Positions 19,496 to 31,599 of a DNA stretch of 64,000 nt are shown piece after piece. The notes below the pieces were generated by a model. It worked only from the letters and a program-made list of their open reading frames with translations, ran no database searches and was not told the origin of the DNA. Position numbers and translations under genes: made by a program. Positions within the stretch are counted from its first letter, which is position 1. Every line of letters begins with the position of its first letter. The DNA is taken from contig CAVWBU010000034.1 of the NCBI GenBank assembly GCA_963753345.1, forward strand, positions 1 through 64,000, read 5' to 3'. The DNA is from an uncultured Fibrobacterota bacterium (lineage in GTDB: Bacteria > Fibrobacterota > Chitinivibrionia > Chitinivibrionales > FEN-1185).

Positions 19496-21355
19496 TCACG
19501 CTTCTTTGAAATCGTAGGTAATATGATACATGTCTTCCATCTTCTTGGTGGAGACCTTGAACCCCGAATTGTAAAATACCGCGAGCATGGGCTGGTTCTG
19601 TTCGAGCACCTCGGCGTCGAACCCGAGCACGCCGCGCTTCCGGGCGATGTCGGTGAGCAGATTGAGAAGGTCGGTGCCCATGCCCTTGTCCTGCCATTCA
19701 TCGCGCACGAGAAACGACACCTCTGCCTTGTTAGTAGATTTGTTCAAATGGTAGCTGCCGAGCCCCACCATCTGCTCCCCGCCCATGTCCTGGATGAGCC
19801 CCACGATCACCATGTCCTTGGAAAAATCGCAGTTTGTAAAGTCCTGCACGAACTTGTGGGGAAACGCCTTGACGGGCTTGAAGAACCGGAACGCGATCGA
19901 CCGTTCCGACAGGGCATAGCACATGTCGCGGAGGAGCTTGTCGTCGGTGGGACGGATGGGCCGGAAATACAGCTGTGTGCCGTCGGCAAGGGCCTTTTCC
20001 AACTCGAATTCCCCCGGCTTGGGCGCGTTGGCCGACGGTAGTTCTTTCTGGTGCGGGTAAATGTAGTTGCGCAGTTTGGCCTCTTTGAGGATCTCGTTGC
20101 GGAAGTCGGGATGGGCCACCTGGGCGAGGGCGAGCACGCGCTCGCGTATGTTCTTGCCGAACAATTCGGCGATGCCGTACTCGGTCACCACGTAATGCAC
20201 GTCGGCGCGCGTGAGCACCACGCCGGCGCCCTCGGTGAGGCGCGGAACGATGCGCGATTTGGTCCAATGCTTTGCCGTCGACGGCAGGGCGATGATGGCC
20301 TTGCCTTCCTTTGCCCGCACCGCGCCGCGGTTGAAATCCACCTGGCCGCCCACCCCGCTGTAAAAATTGAACCCGATGGAATCGGAGCAGACCTGGCCGG
20401 TCATGTCGACCTCGAGCGCCACGTTGATTGCGATCATCTTGTTGTGCTGGGCGATCACGAAGGGGTCGTTGACATATTCGGAAGGCCGGAACTCGAATAC
20501 GGTGTTTTCGTGGATGTAATCGTACAGCCGGCGCGTGCCGAGGCAGAAGCTCGCCGTCACCCGCCCGCGGTTGATAGTCTTGTGGCTGCCGTTGATCACT
20601 CCCTTTTCGACAAGCGGCATGATGGCGTCGTTGAACATCTCGGTGTGGATGCCGATGTCGTTCTTTTCCCCCAGGTACCGCAGCACGGCCTGCGGTATGT
20701 TGCCGATGCCGACCTCGACGGTGGAGCCGTCGTCCACGAGCGAGGCCACGTTCCGCGCGATGGCGTCGATGGTGGCGTCGGATTCCGGAAGGCTGTATTC
20801 GAGGATGTCGCGGTCGCTTATCACCATGGCGTCCACGAGGTCGGCGGGGATAAAAGAATCGCCGTAGGTGCGCGGCATCTTTTCGTTGATTTCCGCGATC
20901 ACCATGAGACTGTTCTCGGCCGCGGCCTTCACGATGTCCACCGAGATCCCGAGGCTCAGGTTGCCGTTTTTGTCCGGCGGGCTGGTCTGGATGAGCGCAA
21001 CGTCGAGCGGGATCCTGCCAAGCTTGAACAGCGAGGGAATTTCCGAAAGGAAAATGGGGACATAATCGCCGCGTCCGCTTACGATGCCCTCGCGCACGTT
21101 GGGCGCCAGAAAAAAGCTGCACGTGCGGAATTTCTTGGCGTATTCTTCGCTGATGTACGGCGCTTCGCCCTGAGTCAGCAGGTGGTAGATTTCCGCGTCC
21201 ACGATTTCGTTGTTGCTCGAAACAAGCTCCTGCACCAGCAATTGGGGCTGGCCGCACCCGGTGCCGATGAGGATGCGCGCGCCGGGCCTAATCCTCGAAA
21301 TGGCCTGGTTCGCTGTTGTCAACTTTGCCTTGTACCGTTCCTTCCAGTCGGTCAC
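19496..21355 (-). CDS. Acetyl-CoA hydrolase/CoA-transferase domain fused to a C-terminal GNAT acetyltransferase
   Basis: VGIGNIP, GIHTEM, SGVGGQVDF, VVTEYG, AHPDFR; C-terminal GNAT RPIRPTD...AEVSFLVRDEWQDKGMG. Confidence 0.9.
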   Translation of the reverse strand: MTDWKERYKAKLTTANQAISRIRPGARILIGTGCGQPQLLVQELVSSNNEIVDAEIYHLLTQGEAPYISEEYAKKFRTCSFFLAPNVREGIVSGRGDYVPIFLSEIPSLFKLGRIPLDVALIQTSPPDKNGNLSLGISVDIVKAAAENSLMVIAEINEKMPRTYGDSFIPADLVDAMVISDRDILEYSLPESDATIDAIARNVASLVDDGSTVEVGIGNIPQAVLRYLGEKNDIGIHTEMFNDAIMPLVEKGVINGSHKTINRGRVTASFCLGTRRLYDYIHENTVFEFRPSEYVNDPFVIAQHNKMIAINVALEVDMTGQVCSDSIGFNFYSGVGGQVDFNRGAVRAKEGKAIIALPSTAKHWTKSRIVPRLTEGAGVVLTRADVHYVVTEYGIAELFGKNIRERVLALAQVAHPDFRNEILKEAKLRNYIYPHQKELPSANAPKPGEFELEKALADGTQLYFRPIRPTDDKLLRDMCYALSERSIAFRFFKPVKAFPHKFVQDFTNCDFSKDMVIVGLIQDMGGEQMVGLGSYHLNKSTNKAEVSFLVRDEWQDKGMGTDLLNLLTDIARKRGVLGFDAEVLEQNQPMLAVFYNSGFKVSTKKMEDMYHITYDFKEA

Positions 21356-23457
21356 GCCTGCTCCTTTGCAAGGATTATCCTTGCGTCAACCACCACGGCG
21401 CCGTCGCCCTCCTGCCCCGCCTTGAGCGGGTTGATGTCGATCTCTTCTATTTCCGGGAAATCCATCACGAGCTGCGAAAGCCTCTGCAGGTTGAGCACGA
21501 TGGCGTCGATGTCGACCGGTTTCTCGCCCCGCACGCCCTTGAGCAGTTTGAAGGTCTTTACGGATTCGATCATCGCCCGGCATTCCTCGGCGGTCACCGG
21601 CGCGAGGGAAAACGTGACGTCCTTGAGCACCTCCACGAAGATCCCGCCCAGGCCGAACATGAGCATGGGACCGAACTGCGGGTCGCGCTTCATGCCGAGG
21701 ATCACTTCCCTGCCGCCCATGGCCATTTTTTCGAGCAGCATGCCGCGGATGTCGGCCTCGGGCATCTTGCGCTTGATGCGCAGCATCATGAGCTCGAACG
21801 CGTCTTCGACGGCCGATGCGCTGGCAAGGCCGATTCTCACCCCGCCGACGTCCGATTTGTGAAGGATGTCGGGACTCGAGATCTTCATGGCGAGCGGGTA
21901 CCCGGCCTCGTTCGCGAAGCGCACCGCCTCGCCGACCGTTGTCGCCAGAATGCCGCGCGGCACATCGAAATTGTACGCCTTGAGGATTGCCTTGGCATCG
22001 AATTCGCCGATCTCATACATTTTTCTGTAGCGGTAGGAACGCAGGAGCTTGATCACCGGGTTGCGGTTGACGGCGAACCGCTCGACCATCCTGAGCCGGC
22101 GCGCCTTGTACCGCGCGTACGCCACCATCTCGTTCATCGTTTTCGCGGTGCGCTCGGGAATCGGGTACTGCGGAATCCGGTTTTCGCGCAGGATGGCCAC
22201 GCCCTTCGAAATGATATCGGCGCCCATGAAGCAGGCAAGGACCGGCTTCTTGAATTTCTTCGACATGCGCACGATCTCCTGCGCCGCGCCGACGTCGTCG
22301 GTGACCTTCTGCGGGGTGAGGATGACCACCAGGCCGTCCACCGCCTCGCTCGACAGCAGGATTTCCATGGCCTTGCCGTAGGTTTCGCCGGTCGCATCGC
22401 CCAGCACGTCCACGGGATTGTGCACCGACGCCGCGGGCGGCAGCAGCTTCTGAAGCTTCGCGCAGGTGTCGTCGTCGAGCTTCGCCATTGCGAGGCCTGC
22501 CATTTCAATGGCGTCGGTCATCATGATGCCGGGGCCGCCCGCGTTCGTGACGACGGCGATCCTGTCGCCGGCAGGCAGCGGCTGGTATGCCAGGGCGGTG
22601 ACGACGTCGAACAGGTGCTCTATGGATTCGACCCGGATAACGCCCGTGCGCTCGAACGCGCTGTCGTACGCCGCGTCGGCGCCCGCCAGGCTTCCCGTGT
22701 GCGACGACGCCGCCGCCGCGCCCGCCTGGGTGCGGCCCGCCTTGAGGATAACAAGGGGCTTCTGTTTGCCGAGGCGTTCCGCGACCCGCATGAAGTCCTG
22801 GCCGCGCGGTATGTCTTCGAGGTATGCGGCGACGACCTTCGTGTTTTCCTCGTTGCGAAGGTTTTCAAGCAATTGCACTTCGTCAAGGGCCGCCTTGTTG
22901 CCCATCGAAACGAGGAGCGAGAAGCCGACGCGATTGCTGGACGCGATGTCCTGAATCGCCGTGATGAGCGCGCCCGACTGCGACACAAAGGCAATGTTTC
23001 CCGGCTCTCCCAGGGGCTGGCCGAACGAGGCATTGAACCGCTGCACGGGGTTGATGATCCCCAGACAGTTCGGCCCAAGCAGGGTGATGCCCGCCTGCCG
23101 CGCCATCTGCGCGATTTCGTGCTGGAGCTTCTTCCCCTCTTCGCCGGTTTCCGCGAATCCCGCGGTAATGATGATGACGGCCTTAGTGTTCTTTTCAATG
23201 CAATCCTTGAGGACCGCGGTCACCTGGTCGCGTTTGACGACAATCACCGCGCATTCGACGTCGCCGGGTATTTCCGCAAGGGACTTGTAACATTTTTTCC
23301 CGAGGATTTCGTCCACCTTCGGGTTCACGGGGTACACGGCGCCCGTAAACCCTCCGGCAATGATGTTATTCACCACCGCATAGCCCACTTTGTCCGGTTT
23401 TGCCGAGGCGCCGACAACGGCGACCGATGCGGGGTTGAGCAGCTTGTCAAAACTCAT
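21352..23457 (-). CDS. Acetate-CoA ligase (ADP-forming), fused alpha-beta (AcdAB-type)
   Basis: AVVGAS, GPNCLG, SQSGA, SHTGSLAG (catalytic His present), NPVD, HKSDVGGV, FGLGG, DINPL. Confidence 0.9.
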   Translation of the reverse strand: MSFDKLLNPASVAVVGASAKPDKVGYAVVNNIIAGGFTGAVYPVNPKVDEILGKKCYKSLAEIPGDVECAVIVVKRDQVTAVLKDCIEKNTKAVIIITAGFAETGEEGKKLQHEIAQMARQAGITLLGPNCLGIINPVQRFNASFGQPLGEPGNIAFVSQSGALITAIQDIASSNRVGFSLLVSMGNKAALDEVQLLENLRNEENTKVVAAYLEDIPRGQDFMRVAERLGKQKPLVILKAGRTQAGAAAASSHTGSLAGADAAYDSAFERTGVIRVESIEHLFDVVTALAYQPLPAGDRIAVVTNAGGPGIMMTDAIEMAGLAMAKLDDDTCAKLQKLLPPAASVHNPVDVLGDATGETYGKAMEILLSSEAVDGLVVILTPQKVTDDVGAAQEIVRMSKKFKKPVLACFMGADIISKGVAILRENRIPQYPIPERTAKTMNEMVAYARYKARRLRMVERFAVNRNPVIKLLRSYRYRKMYEIGEFDAKAILKAYNFDVPRGILATTVGEAVRFANEAGYPLAMKISSPDILHKSDVGGVRIGLASASAVEDAFELMMLRIKRKMPEADIRGMLLEKMAMGGREVILGMKRDPQFGPMLMFGLGGIFVEVLKDVTFSLAPVTAEECRAMIESVKTFKLLKGVRGEKPVDIDAIVLNLQRLSQLVMDFPEIEEIDINPLKAGQEGDGAVVVDARIILAKEQA

Positions 23458-23637
23458 TTTGGTCGACCTTTTGGCGGGAGATTCGCGTATATTTCATGTT
23501 TGGCGCCGAACGCGGTTTCGCATGTCGCGCTTTGAAAAGGGTATCAAAATACATCGTGCGCCGCTGCTTTTCATGCATAGGTGAGACGTGCAGTCGGCGG
23601 CATGGTTTTCATCCGTCAACAACCGTCCCGGACGTTC

Positions 23638-24774
23638 ATGGGCCAGACGCAGTTCGCATTCATCCACTCGGCCGAAATCGAGAACTACCACTATCCTGAA
23701 TCATGCCCGTTCAAGACCGAACGTGCGGCGCTGACCAGGTCGATCCTCATTTCGGGCGGGTCGTTTACCGGCGGGAACCGCGCGGAAATCGCGCCGCGGC
23801 CGCTTTCCGACAAGGAAATCGCGCTGTTCCACACGGCCGATTACATTGGCCGCCTCAAACGCGTTTCGTCGGGAAGCATCGACGCGTCCGACCTTTTTGC
23901 CGGCCTCGGCACGCCCGACACTCCCATCTTTGGCGGCCTGTATTCCTATGCGGCCCTTGCCGGAGGAGGAACGTTCACCGCAGCCGGGCTCATCCTCGAT
24001 TCCGGCATCACCATGGCCTTCAACCCGTCCGGAGGTTACCATCACGCTCTGGCCGACAAAGCGGGCGGGTTCTGTTATGTCAACGACGTCGTCCTCGGCT
24101 GCATGGCGCTTGTCAAGGCGGGCAAAAAGGTGTTCTGCCTCGACCTCGACGTGCACCACGGCAACGGAACGCAGGCAGCATTTTACCGGGACCCGCGCGT
24201 GTTTACCGTATCGCTGCACGAGAGCGGCGCAACGCTGTTTCCGTGGGGCGGGTTCGAAACCGAAATCGGCGAAGGCGAGGGCCGCGGCTTTAACGTGAAC
24301 GTCCCGCTTCCGGCCGGCACCGACGATACCCTGTACTGCCGTGCGTTCAAGGAAATTGTCCCGCCGCTTCTTGCCGCGTACAAACCCGACGTGATCGTAC
24401 TCGAGCTCGGCATGGATGTGCTGTCCACCGACCCGCTTGCGCATTTCAAGATGACCAACAACGCCTTCGCCGACCTCCTCCCCCACGTCGCGAAGCAGGG
24501 CGCGCCCATCCTCGCCGTGGGCGGCGGCGGCTACAACCCGGAAAACACCGCACGCGGCTGGGCGCTGTTGTGGACCGTGCTGTGCGGCATAGAGCCGGAG
24601 TCCGACATGTCAATAGGCATGGGGGGCGTTTTTCTCGGAAACGCCGAGTGGAACGCGGGGCTGCGCGACATGAAGATTTATGTGACCGGGGATGACAAAG
24701 AGAGAAATGAGAAGGAAGCGGACCGGGTTGTTGAGTATATCAAGAAGACTGTTTTTCCGATTCATGGGATTTAG
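23638..24774 (+). CDS. acuC: AcuC/histone deacetylase family Zn-dependent deacetylase
   Basis: GGYHHA, GFCYVND, DLDVHHGNGTQ, SLHE, NVPL, GGGGY. Confidence 0.88.
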   Translation: MGQTQFAFIHSAEIENYHYPESCPFKTERAALTRSILISGGSFTGGNRAEIAPRPLSDKEIALFHTADYIGRLKRVSSGSIDASDLFAGLGTPDTPIFGGLYSYAALAGGGTFTAAGLILDSGITMAFNPSGGYHHALADKAGGFCYVNDVVLGCMALVKAGKKVFCLDLDVHHGNGTQAAFYRDPRVFTVSLHESGATLFPWGGFETEIGEGEGRGFNVNVPLPAGTDDTLYCRAFKEIVPPLLAAYKPDVIVLELGMDVLSTDPLAHFKMTNNAFADLLPHVAKQGAPILAVGGGGYNPENTARGWALLWTVLCGIEPESDMSIGMGGVFLGNAEWNAGLRDMKIYVTGDDKERNEKEADRVVEYIKKTVFPIHGI

Positions 24775-24788
24775 ATAAACATTAGAAA

Positions 24789-24930
24789 TTGGGCGTTCCC
24801 CTCGCTTAGCTCGGGTCGGTCTCCCTTCGGGCTCGGCTATTCGCCTCGTTGCCGGACCGCCCTAGTCGCCTGAGGCGAGGGTCGGCCGGCAATTCGCTCT
24901 AGCTCACCCTCCGGTCCACCTAACGCGCAG
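24789..24930 (+). repeat. Family A repeat (first half of composite 24789-25213)
   Basis: TTGGGCGTTCCCCTCG...GGTCCACCTAACGCG. Confidence 0.85.
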
Positions 24931-25038
24931 CAACAGAATTCCATTCAGTCAATCAATTCTTCTCGTGCCGCATGGCATCCGCAACAAATCAATTAGGGTT
25001 TACGCTTTGAATCTTACATTTTTCAACTTCTCAACTCC

Positions 25039-25213
25039 CTTTCTCGGTGCCCCCGCAGCAGAAGCTGCTTGCTCGCAGCTCAGCTCACTCGGGGGGTCAC
25101 CCACGAGGGGGTGTGGGTCCAGACAGCCGGCGCGACAATAAAAAGCAAGGGCACATTCTCATGTGCCCCTATATTGCGCCGGTTGGCTGGACCCCAGGGG
25201 GAAACTTCCCCCT
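25039..25213 (+). repeat. Family B repeat
   Basis: CTTTCTCGGTGCCCCCGCAGC...GGGGGGTCACCCACGAGGGGGT-GGGTCCAG...CTGGACCC-AGGGGGAAACTTCCCCC. Confidence 0.85.
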
Positions 25214-25241
25214 CCAGGATATCTTTTTGCAAAACGATATT

Positions 25242-27662
25242 CTATTCTCTTAGCGAATCCACACTAACCTGGGTATAGAGCCCGTCTTCGGCATGCAGGG
25301 TATCCCCCTTGTAATTAAGGCCGAAACCGAACGGCCATTGCGGCACTTTGGTGCCGTACGCCGCCTTGCCGTTAAAAGGATATCCCCAGTTGATCGGCTC
25401 CTGGCTCAGGTTGGCGCGGCAGGCATAGGATAGATTGCCGGTAAAATCTTACTTGCCAAGCAGGTCGGTAATTCCTTCTCCCTCCGATCCCGGCCACATG
25501 GCAATGATGATCGCATCGCAATTGGGCACTGCGGCCGTGATGTCGACCGGCCGTCCGCTCACGACCACCAATACGACTTTTTTTCCCTGGCTTTTGTAGG
25601 TGCCGGGCTGGTCTGTTCCCGCAATGTTGATATCGGGGAAAGCTGTTTCGGCATAGGGGCTCTCGCCGATGCCGACGATCACGACATCCGCGGCGCCGGT
25701 GTTTCCCAGGGTAACGGGAGCATTGGCACCCGCGACCTGCTGCATCCCTTGGTAGAACGTGGTCCCGCCCGGAACCTGGACCAGGCTTTGCCAGGAGAGC
25801 GTCCATCCGCCGCATTGCAGACCGACGCTGTTCATATAGTCGCCGACGAGCGCGACTTTTGAGGCAGCGGTGAGAGGGAGAACGCCGTTGTTTTTTACAA
25901 GAACGGCAGCCTTTCTTACCGCCTCGCGGCCGATGGCGCGGTCATCGGCGCAACCGATGAGGGCGGCCATTCGATCGTCAATCGGTTTGTTGTAGAAGCC
26001 GTGATCGCCAAACATCCACATCTTGGGTGTGAGCACGCCCTTGACGCCCTGGATTCCTCTCGCCGCAGTGGGGTTGGCGGTGAACCAAGTCGTGGCCTGG
26101 CCGCGCGAATCCAACCCGTTGCTGACGTTCATGCCGCAATCGAGCCCGTATTGAAAGTTACCCCAACTAGTGCCCCAGTCGCCGTTGACAAACCCCTGGA
26201 AATGCTGTTCCCCTCTGAGCCAGTCGATATTCATTGCCGTATTCTGGGAGCACGTGGTGCCCATCCATGATCCGAACTGGTCCATGATCGAAATGGCATA
26301 CACCTTGAAGCACTCGATGTATGGAAGTAGATGAATATATTTGAGCTGTTCATAGGTGACGTGTTCGTATGACGTGTCGCAGGGGCCGGCCATCGTGCCG
26401 TTGGTGCTTCCGCCGTCTCCGCAAAAGTGTTTGCAGCAAACGCCGACGGCGTTCGGGTGTCCCAGGTCGCCTGTTGACAGACCGAGAACTGCCGACTTTG
26501 CAATTGCCGCGGTCAGATCCGGATTTTCGCTGTATCCTTCGTACAACCTGCCGTAGCGGTCGTCGCGGCACACGGCCACGCATGGCGCGAGCATCCAGTC
26601 CTGTCCGGTGCCCCGTATTTCGCAGCCGACCATTCTATATGCCTTTTCGCAGAATTGCGGGTCCCAGGTGCAGCCCATAGCGCAGTTGTGCGGGAGAATC
26701 ACACCATTATTGCATGTGCAAAGTCCATGAACGTTGTCGACGCCGCATATAATGGGAATATGCAGGCGGGTTGCATTTACCAAGGGAATTTGAGCTTTCG
26801 TAAATGTCGTCCAATTGCTGATGTCGTGTCCGCCCGGCCCATCGGCGCCGCCGGCATAAAGGAGCCCGACTCCACTTGCGTTTGCGCCATCGTCAAAATT
26901 CCCTTCGGTTACGGCCATCCCCTTTTCCGCCGGGGTCATCAGGGCGAAAATGGAGTCTACCTTGCCCGCGACGTCCATTTTGACAATCTTGATTGTGCCG
27001 ACAGGATCAGTATAGTTTGAAATTGGAACGATGTTTGAATAATATCCGGTTTTCCCGACTCGAACGGTGTCGATGAATGCCGCAATCTTACCGAGTTTAT
27101 TTATTTCGCGGGGATCGGACTGCGAAAACGCATGACCGGACACCGCGCCGAACTGGTTTACCATCTTGACGCATTCGGACTTGCCGTCAACCGAAACCTT
27201 TGCCGTGTACACCGTATGGGCCCATTGTTTTTTTGAACCGGCAAAAGGGGAAAAAGAGAAATATCCCTGCTGGTCCATGGTCTTGTCCAGGACTGCGCCG
27301 AGGCTGCGGCCTTGTATATCAAACAGCTCGACCGATGCGTGCGATCCCCGGGAAACGAAAAAGGAAAGCCTGTTTCCCTGGACCGACAAACGAAGCGCGC
27401 TTGCCGGCAGGGCGGCGGGGAGCTGATGTCCGATTCCCACGGTGCCGCCGAAATTGCCGTTGTTGTCGCTCCACGACCAGGTAAAACGTTTGGGAAGGGT
27501 CACATAGGAGATGTAGGCGTTCCTTACGGGGTTGCCGCTCGAATCCACCACCGTTCCGGGGTTGGTTACATAGCCCCGCGGAACATCCGCATTCGTGATG
27601 AAGAACAACGACAACAGAAGCAGAACGGGACTGAAAAAAATCGGAGACTTCATAAGACCCAT
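25242..27662 (-). pseudogene. Secreted glycoside hydrolase family 3 protein with an in-frame TAA at 25449-25451
   Basis: GH3 motifs DNVHG, RYGR.YEGYSE, KHF.GDG, FQGFVNGDW, VLVKNN, GESPYAE, WPGSEG; the same frame continues past the stop as DFTGNLSY...WPFGFGLNY to a TAG at 25242. Confidence 0.8.
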
Positions 27663-27846
27663 CCTTCCTTGAATTGAATGTTTATCAAGGACACCCCAAT
27701 CGTTAATCTTCAATCTTCGGACTTGAGGACACGAATGAGAATATAAGATTTCCTTATGTTAATAGCAACTATACATAGTGTAAAAAAAACTCACAAATAA
27801 TCAAGATTTTTTTGGGGGGAAAGCGTGTCAAGACAAGAATAAAGAG

Positions 27847-28003
27847 TTGGGCGTTCCCCTCGACCTCGCAAAAGCTCGGTCTCGGGTCGGTCTCCCTCCG
27901 GGCTCGGCTATCCGCCTCGTTGCCGGTACGCCCCGATGGCCTTCGGCCGGGGTCGTCCGGCAATCCCGCTATGGCGGGACCACTCCGGTCCACCTAACGC
28001 GGC
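27847..28003 (+). repeat. Family A repeat
   Basis: TTGGGCGTTCCCCTCG...CCGGTCCACCTAACGCGGC. Confidence 0.85.
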
Positions 28004-28084
28004 AAGTATGTCAATCGCCCAATACATGCAATGTGTTTGTCAAAGCACTAATAATGAGAAATGGATTGGGCGATTGACTTACTA

Positions 28085-28252
28085 GCCGCGTTAGGTGGAC
28101 CGGAGGCTGCGCAAGAGCGCATTGCCGGCCGGACCCCTTTCGCAGAAAGGCGACTCGGGGCGTATCTACAAAAGGAATAGGCCGTGGCGGCCAGAGGCCG
28201 AAGGCCGAGACCGGAAGGACGGCCGCCGCCTCAAAGCGGCGGGGCGCCCAAA
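28085..28252 (-). repeat. Family A repeat, inverted relative to 27847-28003
   Basis: GCCGCGTTAGGTGGACCGGA...GGCCGAAGGCC...GGGGCGCCCAA. Confidence 0.85.
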
Positions 28253-28272
28253 TTCTTCTCTTCTATCAACTA

Positions 28273-28863
28273 TTACTTTTTTACTAATCCCAACGGCAAC
28301 ACTGTCTTCCCGTACACTTCATTCAGGATTTGCGCGATGGCGGCATACATGGCCGAAAGCCCGCAGACGATCCCTTCCCACCCGGTGAATGTCTTGAGAC
28401 CCGCGTTCCCGGTGGCGTCGCCGGCGGCGAGCAGGAAGAACAGAAGGGTAAGCGTGCCGAATACCACCTGGAGCGCTTTGTTGATCTTGAGCGTTCCGAT
28501 AAAGAGCAGCAGGGTGAAGATTCCCCACATGCCGAGGTAGCAGATCATTCCCTTGCTGGAAGCGGCATCGACCCACCCCATCTTCGGCATCACAATAAGG
28601 GCCACCAGGGAAAGCCAGAAGAGCCCGTAGGAGGTAAACGCTACCGTGCCGAACGTGTTCTTCTTTTTCCATTCCATAATTCCCGCTATGATCTGCGCCA
28701 GCCCGCCATAGCAGATCCCCATGGCGAGGATCATGGAGCTCATCTCGTAGATTCCCGCATTGTGAATGTTGAGCAGCACCGTGGTCATGCCGAAACCGAA
28801 CAGGCCGAGCGGCGCGGGATTCGCCGTCGTGTCTTTTATCTCCAGAATTCCATTCTCGCTCAT
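28273..28863 (-). CDS. satP: Acetate uptake transporter (GPR1/FUN34/YaaH family)
   Basis: Signature [29 protein letters not shown]. Confidence 0.93.
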   Translation of the reverse strand: MSENGILEIKDTTANPAPLGLFGFGMTTVLLNIHNAGIYEMSSMILAMGICYGGLAQIIAGIMEWKKKNTFGTVAFTSYGLFWLSLVALIVMPKMGWVDAASSKGMICYLGMWGIFTLLLFIGTLKINKALQVVFGTLTLLFFLLAAGDATGNAGLKTFTGWEGIVCGLSAMYAAIAQILNEVYGKTVLPLGLVKK

Positions 28864-28884
28864 ACTTCCTCCTGTAAATGATGG

Positions 28885-30864
<1,980 letters not shown>

Positions 30865-30971
30865 AGCAGCTCCCTTTTTTGTGAATATTTGAATTTTTAT
30901 GATATGAAAGGTGAAGATTGAGATTGTGAAATTTTTCGAAAGTCTATAAATATAATACAATCAATGATGAT

Positions 30972-31130
30972 GGTGGGGGAAGTGTCCCCCTTGGGTGCCA
31001 TGTCGAGACTAATGGCCAAAACCAAGAATCCAGCGTCTCGACATTGGCACCCACACCCCCTCGTGGGTAGCCCCCCAGAGAGTTGGATTGCGAGAAAGCT
31101 GCCTCGGCTGCGGGGGCACCAAGAAAGAGA
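30972..31130 (-). repeat. Family B repeat, adjoining a GTTGAAAM 8-mer tandem at 31131-31162
   Basis: GGTGGGGGAAGTGTCCCCC...CCCCCTCGTGGGTAGCCCCC...GGGGGCACCAAGAAAGAG. Confidence 0.85.
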
Positions 31131-31271
31131 GTTGAAACGTTGAAAAGTTGAAACGTTGAAAAGCAAAGACCAAAAAGCTGAACAAAAGAAAGCAAGTGTC
31201 ATGGCGAGTGAGCGAAGTAATCTTCTGTTAATTTTTCAAAATAATAATCCCTAATGCAAATTGGGCAGTGC

Positions 31272-31422
31272 CTTCTGCCCCGCGCCAGGCCGGAACGGAG
31301 GCCGAGTTAGAACGAGGTGCCGCCCGGACCCGGCCGCTACCGCGGCATAGGGCCGAGGCGGCCGGAGGCCGAAGGCCGAGACCGAAGCGAGGGCCGCCGC
31401 TGCGGAGCAGCGGGGCGCCCAA
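31272..31422 (-). repeat. Family A repeat (composite with 30972-31130)
   Basis: CTTCTGCCC.GCGCCAGGCCGGAACGGAGGCC...GCAGCGGGGCGCCCAA. Confidence 0.8.
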
Positions 31423-31494
31423 TTCTAGCATTAGTATCGCGTCTAGGCAGGGCGAAATCGATTTCGTTGACATTGGAACCGGCAATAGGTAGAA

Positions 31495-31588
31495 TTGATA
31501 GTTGAGAAGTAGAGAAGTAGATGCGTGAAAGCGTGAAAGCGTGGATGCGTGAATGTGTGGATGAGAAGATGAGGATGTGCGGGGATGC
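31495..31588 (+). repeat. Degenerate 8-mer tandem repeat (GCGTGAAA/GAGAAGTA type)
   Basis: GAGAAGTAGAGAAGTAGATGCGTGAAAGCGTGAAAGCGTGGATGCGTGAATG. Confidence 0.6.
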
Positions 31589-31599
31589 AGGTGATACCA

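Noticed and set aside
20051-23535. Long antisense or alternate-frame ORFs (e.g. 20051-21862, 21316-23535, 55508-57394, 10449-11825)
   Set aside because: Shadow ORFs of GC-rich genes with no recognisable motifs.
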